Shown piece after piece: positions 25,663 through 27,623 of a stretch of 27,623 bases of DNA (the stretch's first letter is position 1; each line of letters starts with the position of its first letter). Position numbers and translations under genes: made by a program. The stretch is taken from the NCBI GenBank assembly GCA_000438415.1, contig FR902236.1:4378-32000 (forward strand). Direction: 5' to 3'. The DNA is from Clostridium sp. CAG:628. GTDB taxonomy: Bacteria; Bacillota_I; Bacilli_A; RF39; UBA660. The notes under the pieces were generated by a model. That model was not told where the DNA came from. It was given only the letters and a program-made list of their open reading frames with translations, and did not search any database.

Positions 25663-25684
25663 GAAGGGTTTTTTCCCTTCTTTT
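25663..25684 (+). terminator. Intrinsic terminator closing the exporter-peptide operon
   Basis: gaaggg-tttttt-cccttc hairpin followed by TTTT, 7 nt after the peptide B stop. Confidence 0.65.
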
Positions 25685-25698
25685 ATTATGTTTTTTTC

Positions 25699-25727
25699 TT
25701 GTAAAAAGTGTATCTTTAGGTTATAAT
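25699..25727 (+). promoter_or_regulatory. Sigma-A promoter of the FemABX-family gene
   Basis: TTGTAA (25699-25704), 17 nt, TATAAT (25722-25727). An SD (AGAGGG) precedes the ATG at 25754. Confidence 0.5.
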
Positions 25728-25753
25728 AATTAATAGAAAGAGGGTATAAAGTT

Positions 25754-26944
25754 ATGTATAGATTTACAAGTGAATTACCTAAAGAAGAATATGATAATTT
25801 CATTCTAAATTATAGTATGGCTCCACTTACACAAACCTATAACTGGGCTAATATCAAAAGTAATTGGCGTCACTTCCACTGTGGCTTATATAAAGATGAT
25901 ACTTTAGTAGGAGTATGTTTAATTTTAGTAAAAAAGATGATTAAAGGTCTTAATATGTTTTTTGTACCACGTGGCTACTTAATTGATTTTACTAATTATG
26001 AAGACTTAGAAGAAATGACCAAAAATATAAAAGAACTAGCAAAAAAGACACATGCATATGTGGTAAAAATTGATCCTAATTTTTGTAAAAGACAATATAG
26101 TTTTAAAGGGGATGAAATAAACACTAATTATGATAAAGATTATCAAGTAAAACATAATAATTTACTTAAACTAGGTTATAAATCTCTTGGTCCACAAAAA
26201 GAAATGGGAAAAAGCATGGAACCAAACTACAATATGTTAGCACCTATATGTGATAACTCTAATAAAGTGTTAACTTTAGAAGAGCTACTTAGTACTTACA
26301 AAAGTAAATTTAAGTATTATATAGGAAGTTTTCATGAAAAAAGAGGTATAACTTTTGAAATAACTAGTGATATAAGTAAAGTTGGAATATTAGTTTCATT
26401 ACTAAAAGAAACTGAAGAAAAACAAAATATTAGTTTAAGAAATGAAGAATACTTTGTAAATTTAATGAAGAATTATCCAACTGCTAGATTAGTATTTGGT
26501 ACAATAAATTTACCTAAATATTTAAAGTTTCTTGAAGAAAACAATGGTAAAAGTACTGAAATTGAAGAAGTAAAAGAATTATTAAAAACTCATGAAGAAA
26601 ACATGGTATTATCAGCATCAATTATGTTTTTACCTTCCAATAAAAATGGTATTAGAACAAGTGAATACTTATATGCAGGTAATAGTCTTTCGTTAACAAA
26701 AATAAGAGTATCGACTGGAGTAGTATTTGAAATAATAAAATATTCACTAGAAAATAATTGTCATTATTGTAATTTAGGTGGAATAGATGGTAACTTGAAT
26801 GACCACTTAACAAGTTTTAAGGAAAAATTTAATGGAGAAGTACTAGAATTTGCTGGAGAATATGATTTACCAATAAAATGGATATACTATCCAATAAAAG
26901 TAATGTATCCTATATTATTAAAAATATATAAAATTATAAGATAG
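25754..26944 (+). CDS. FemA/FemB/FemX (MurM) family peptidoglycan interpeptide-bridge aminoacyltransferase
   Basis: The typical N-terminus (F.Q...W...K...W) reads here as APLTQTYNWANIKSNWRHFHCGLYKDDTLVGVCLILVKK...FFVPRGYLIDF. A central coiled-coil insertion lies at ~240-290. The C-terminal GNAT-like half has YLYAGNS and CNLGGIDG. The ~396-aa size fits. Confidence 0.82.
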   Translation: MYRFTSELPKEEYDNFILNYSMAPLTQTYNWANIKSNWRHFHCGLYKDDTLVGVCLILVKKMIKGLNMFFVPRGYLIDFTNYEDLEEMTKNIKELAKKTHAYVVKIDPNFCKRQYSFKGDEINTNYDKDYQVKHNNLLKLGYKSLGPQKEMGKSMEPNYNMLAPICDNSNKVLTLEELLSTYKSKFKYYIGSFHEKRGITFEITSDISKVGILVSLLKETEEKQNISLRNEEYFVNLMKNYPTARLVFGTINLPKYLKFLEENNGKSTEIEEVKELLKTHEENMVLSASIMFLPSNKNGIRTSEYLYAGNSLSLTKIRVSTGVVFEIIKYSLENNCHYCNLGGIDGNLNDHLTSFKEKFNGEVLEFAGEYDLPIKWIYYPIKVMYPILLKIYKIIR

Positions 26945-26955
26945 TAGGTTTAGTT

Positions 26956-27623
26956 ATGAATAAAAAAGGTTTAGTTTTAGTGTTATTTATCATATTAATT
27001 GGTTTATTTAATGTAACAATAATATACTTAGAAAAAAATAAATTAGTTAAAGACTTTATAAATATAAAATATAGTAATGATATTAATGAAAATAAAGAAT
27101 ATATTGTTACTGTAGAATATAAAAGTAAAAATAATAAAGATGTAGTATGTAGTCTAGATAATATTAATTATAAAAATATAGATGAATGTACCTTTAATTT
27201 AAAAAAAGGAGAATATAATTTATATTTAAGAAAAAATGATAAAGTAATAAAAGAAAAATTCAAAGTAGAAGAAAAGTTTTTAGGTACTTTTAGTAGTACT
27301 ATTGATGTGCTTGATACATATTATTTAGCAGTTAATGGTAAAAAGAAATTTAATTTTACTTTTGATTATAAAGAAGATTTTGATAAAACTGTTTACTATG
27401 AAATAACAAATACCGATGTCCTTAAAATAGAAAATGACACTATGTATGGACTAAAAACTGGAACTAGTGAAGTGATAGCAACTTTAAAAGATGGAAATAC
27501 TAAAACGTATAATATAGTAGTAACTGACTTAATAACACCACCAACAATAAATAATGATAAATATTATCTTCCATGTAATTATTACTCTTTAGAAGAAAGT
27601 ATATTATTAGATAAAATATTAGA
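26956..27623 (+). CDS. Secreted or membrane-anchored protein with a bacterial Ig-like (Big_2-type) domain; the 3' end lies outside the window
   Basis: The frame is open from the ATG at 26956 to the window edge; the track omits it because there is no stop. It has an N-terminal signal or anchor (MNKKGLVLVLFIILIGLF). The stretch VLKIENDTMYGLKTGTSEVIATLKDGNTKTYNIVV matches the Big_2 pattern. The SD is weak. Confidence 0.55.
   Translation, partial: MNKKGLVLVLFIILIGLFNVTIIYLEKNKLVKDFINIKYSNDINENKEYIVTVEYKSKNNKDVVCSLDNINYKNIDECTFNLKKGEYNLYLRKNDKVIKEKFKVEEKFLGTFSSTIDVLDTYYLAVNGKKKFNFTFDYKEDFDKTVYYEITNTDVLKIENDTMYGLKTGTSEVIATLKDGNTKTYNIVVTDLITPPTINNDKYYLPCNYYSLEESILLDKIL

Noticed and set aside
259-25803. 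Fifteen short ORFs in the track that overlap or shadow stronger features: 259-465(-), 536-727(-), 1344-1733(-), 1816-2001(-), 4762-5079(+), 5793-6083(+), 7937-8260(+), 8819-9112(+), 9519-9719(+), 12991-13185(-), 15132-15386(-), 16665-17003(-), 22593-22859(-), 23203-23436(-), 25543-25803(-).
   Set aside because: Most lie antisense within a longer ORF that has clear family motifs. The remainder run across pseudogene, intergenic, terminator or promoter sequence. Their products are low-complexity and Phe/Leu/Ile/Lys-rich, as expected from the reverse strand of AT-rich coding DNA, and none has a convincing SD. I considered 25543-25803(-) as a bacteriocin immunity candidate. However, it overlaps peptide B, the operon terminator and the femABX promoter and start on the opposite strand.
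1-27623. CRISPR arrays, rRNA genes, intact IS elements or transposases, integrases, and long tandem repeats.
   Set aside because: Scanning both strands by eye showed no regularly spaced repeat-spacer structure, no rRNA-like conserved blocks and no transposase or integrase motifs in any track ORF. The only mobile or defence signatures are the fragments at 1-1052 and the KilA-N gene.

Overview
Visibly AT-rich chromosomal segment that uses the standard code: TGA is a stop at the addB/addA junction and Trp is TGG. It comes from a spore-forming Firmicute, Clostridia- or Erysipelotrichia-like. Most of it is core genome. In order: a Qnr-like pentapeptide-repeat protein plus a YbaK/ProX-type deacylase; a coupled pair of a membrane-anchored rhodanese-like protein and a lipoprotein; an HD-domain protein; a KilA-N gene abutting tRNA-Gln(CUG); a gerA-type germinant receptor operon in A-C-B order; lexA; a transketolase-like gene; a lipoprotein; T-box-controlled ileS; addB/addA (rexBA type); and a FemABX-family transferase. 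Five stretches deserve a second look. (1) Two double-glycine-leader peptide genes, absent from the ORF track, lie directly behind a C39-peptidase ABC exporter (23.3-25.7 kb). I read this as an undescribed two-peptide bacteriocin locus; both mature peptides end in Cys-Lys. (2) A 50-aa single-pass membrane peptide gene, also absent from the track, is transcribed divergently from lexA and followed by an HExxH protein. It sits where YneA/SosA/ChiZ-type SOS division inhibitors sit. (3) A full-length transketolase homolog has nearly every ThDP/metal/catalytic signature replaced, which suggests a pseudoenzyme. (4) The left edge is a decayed defence islet: the C-terminus of a reverse transcriptase, a small ORF, and frameshifted AbiEi/AbiEii remnants. 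(5) IleS carries a non-canonical HIGH signature (GLHH). I saw no CRISPR array, rRNA or intact IS/transposase. All functional calls rest on motif recognition by eye, with no database search.
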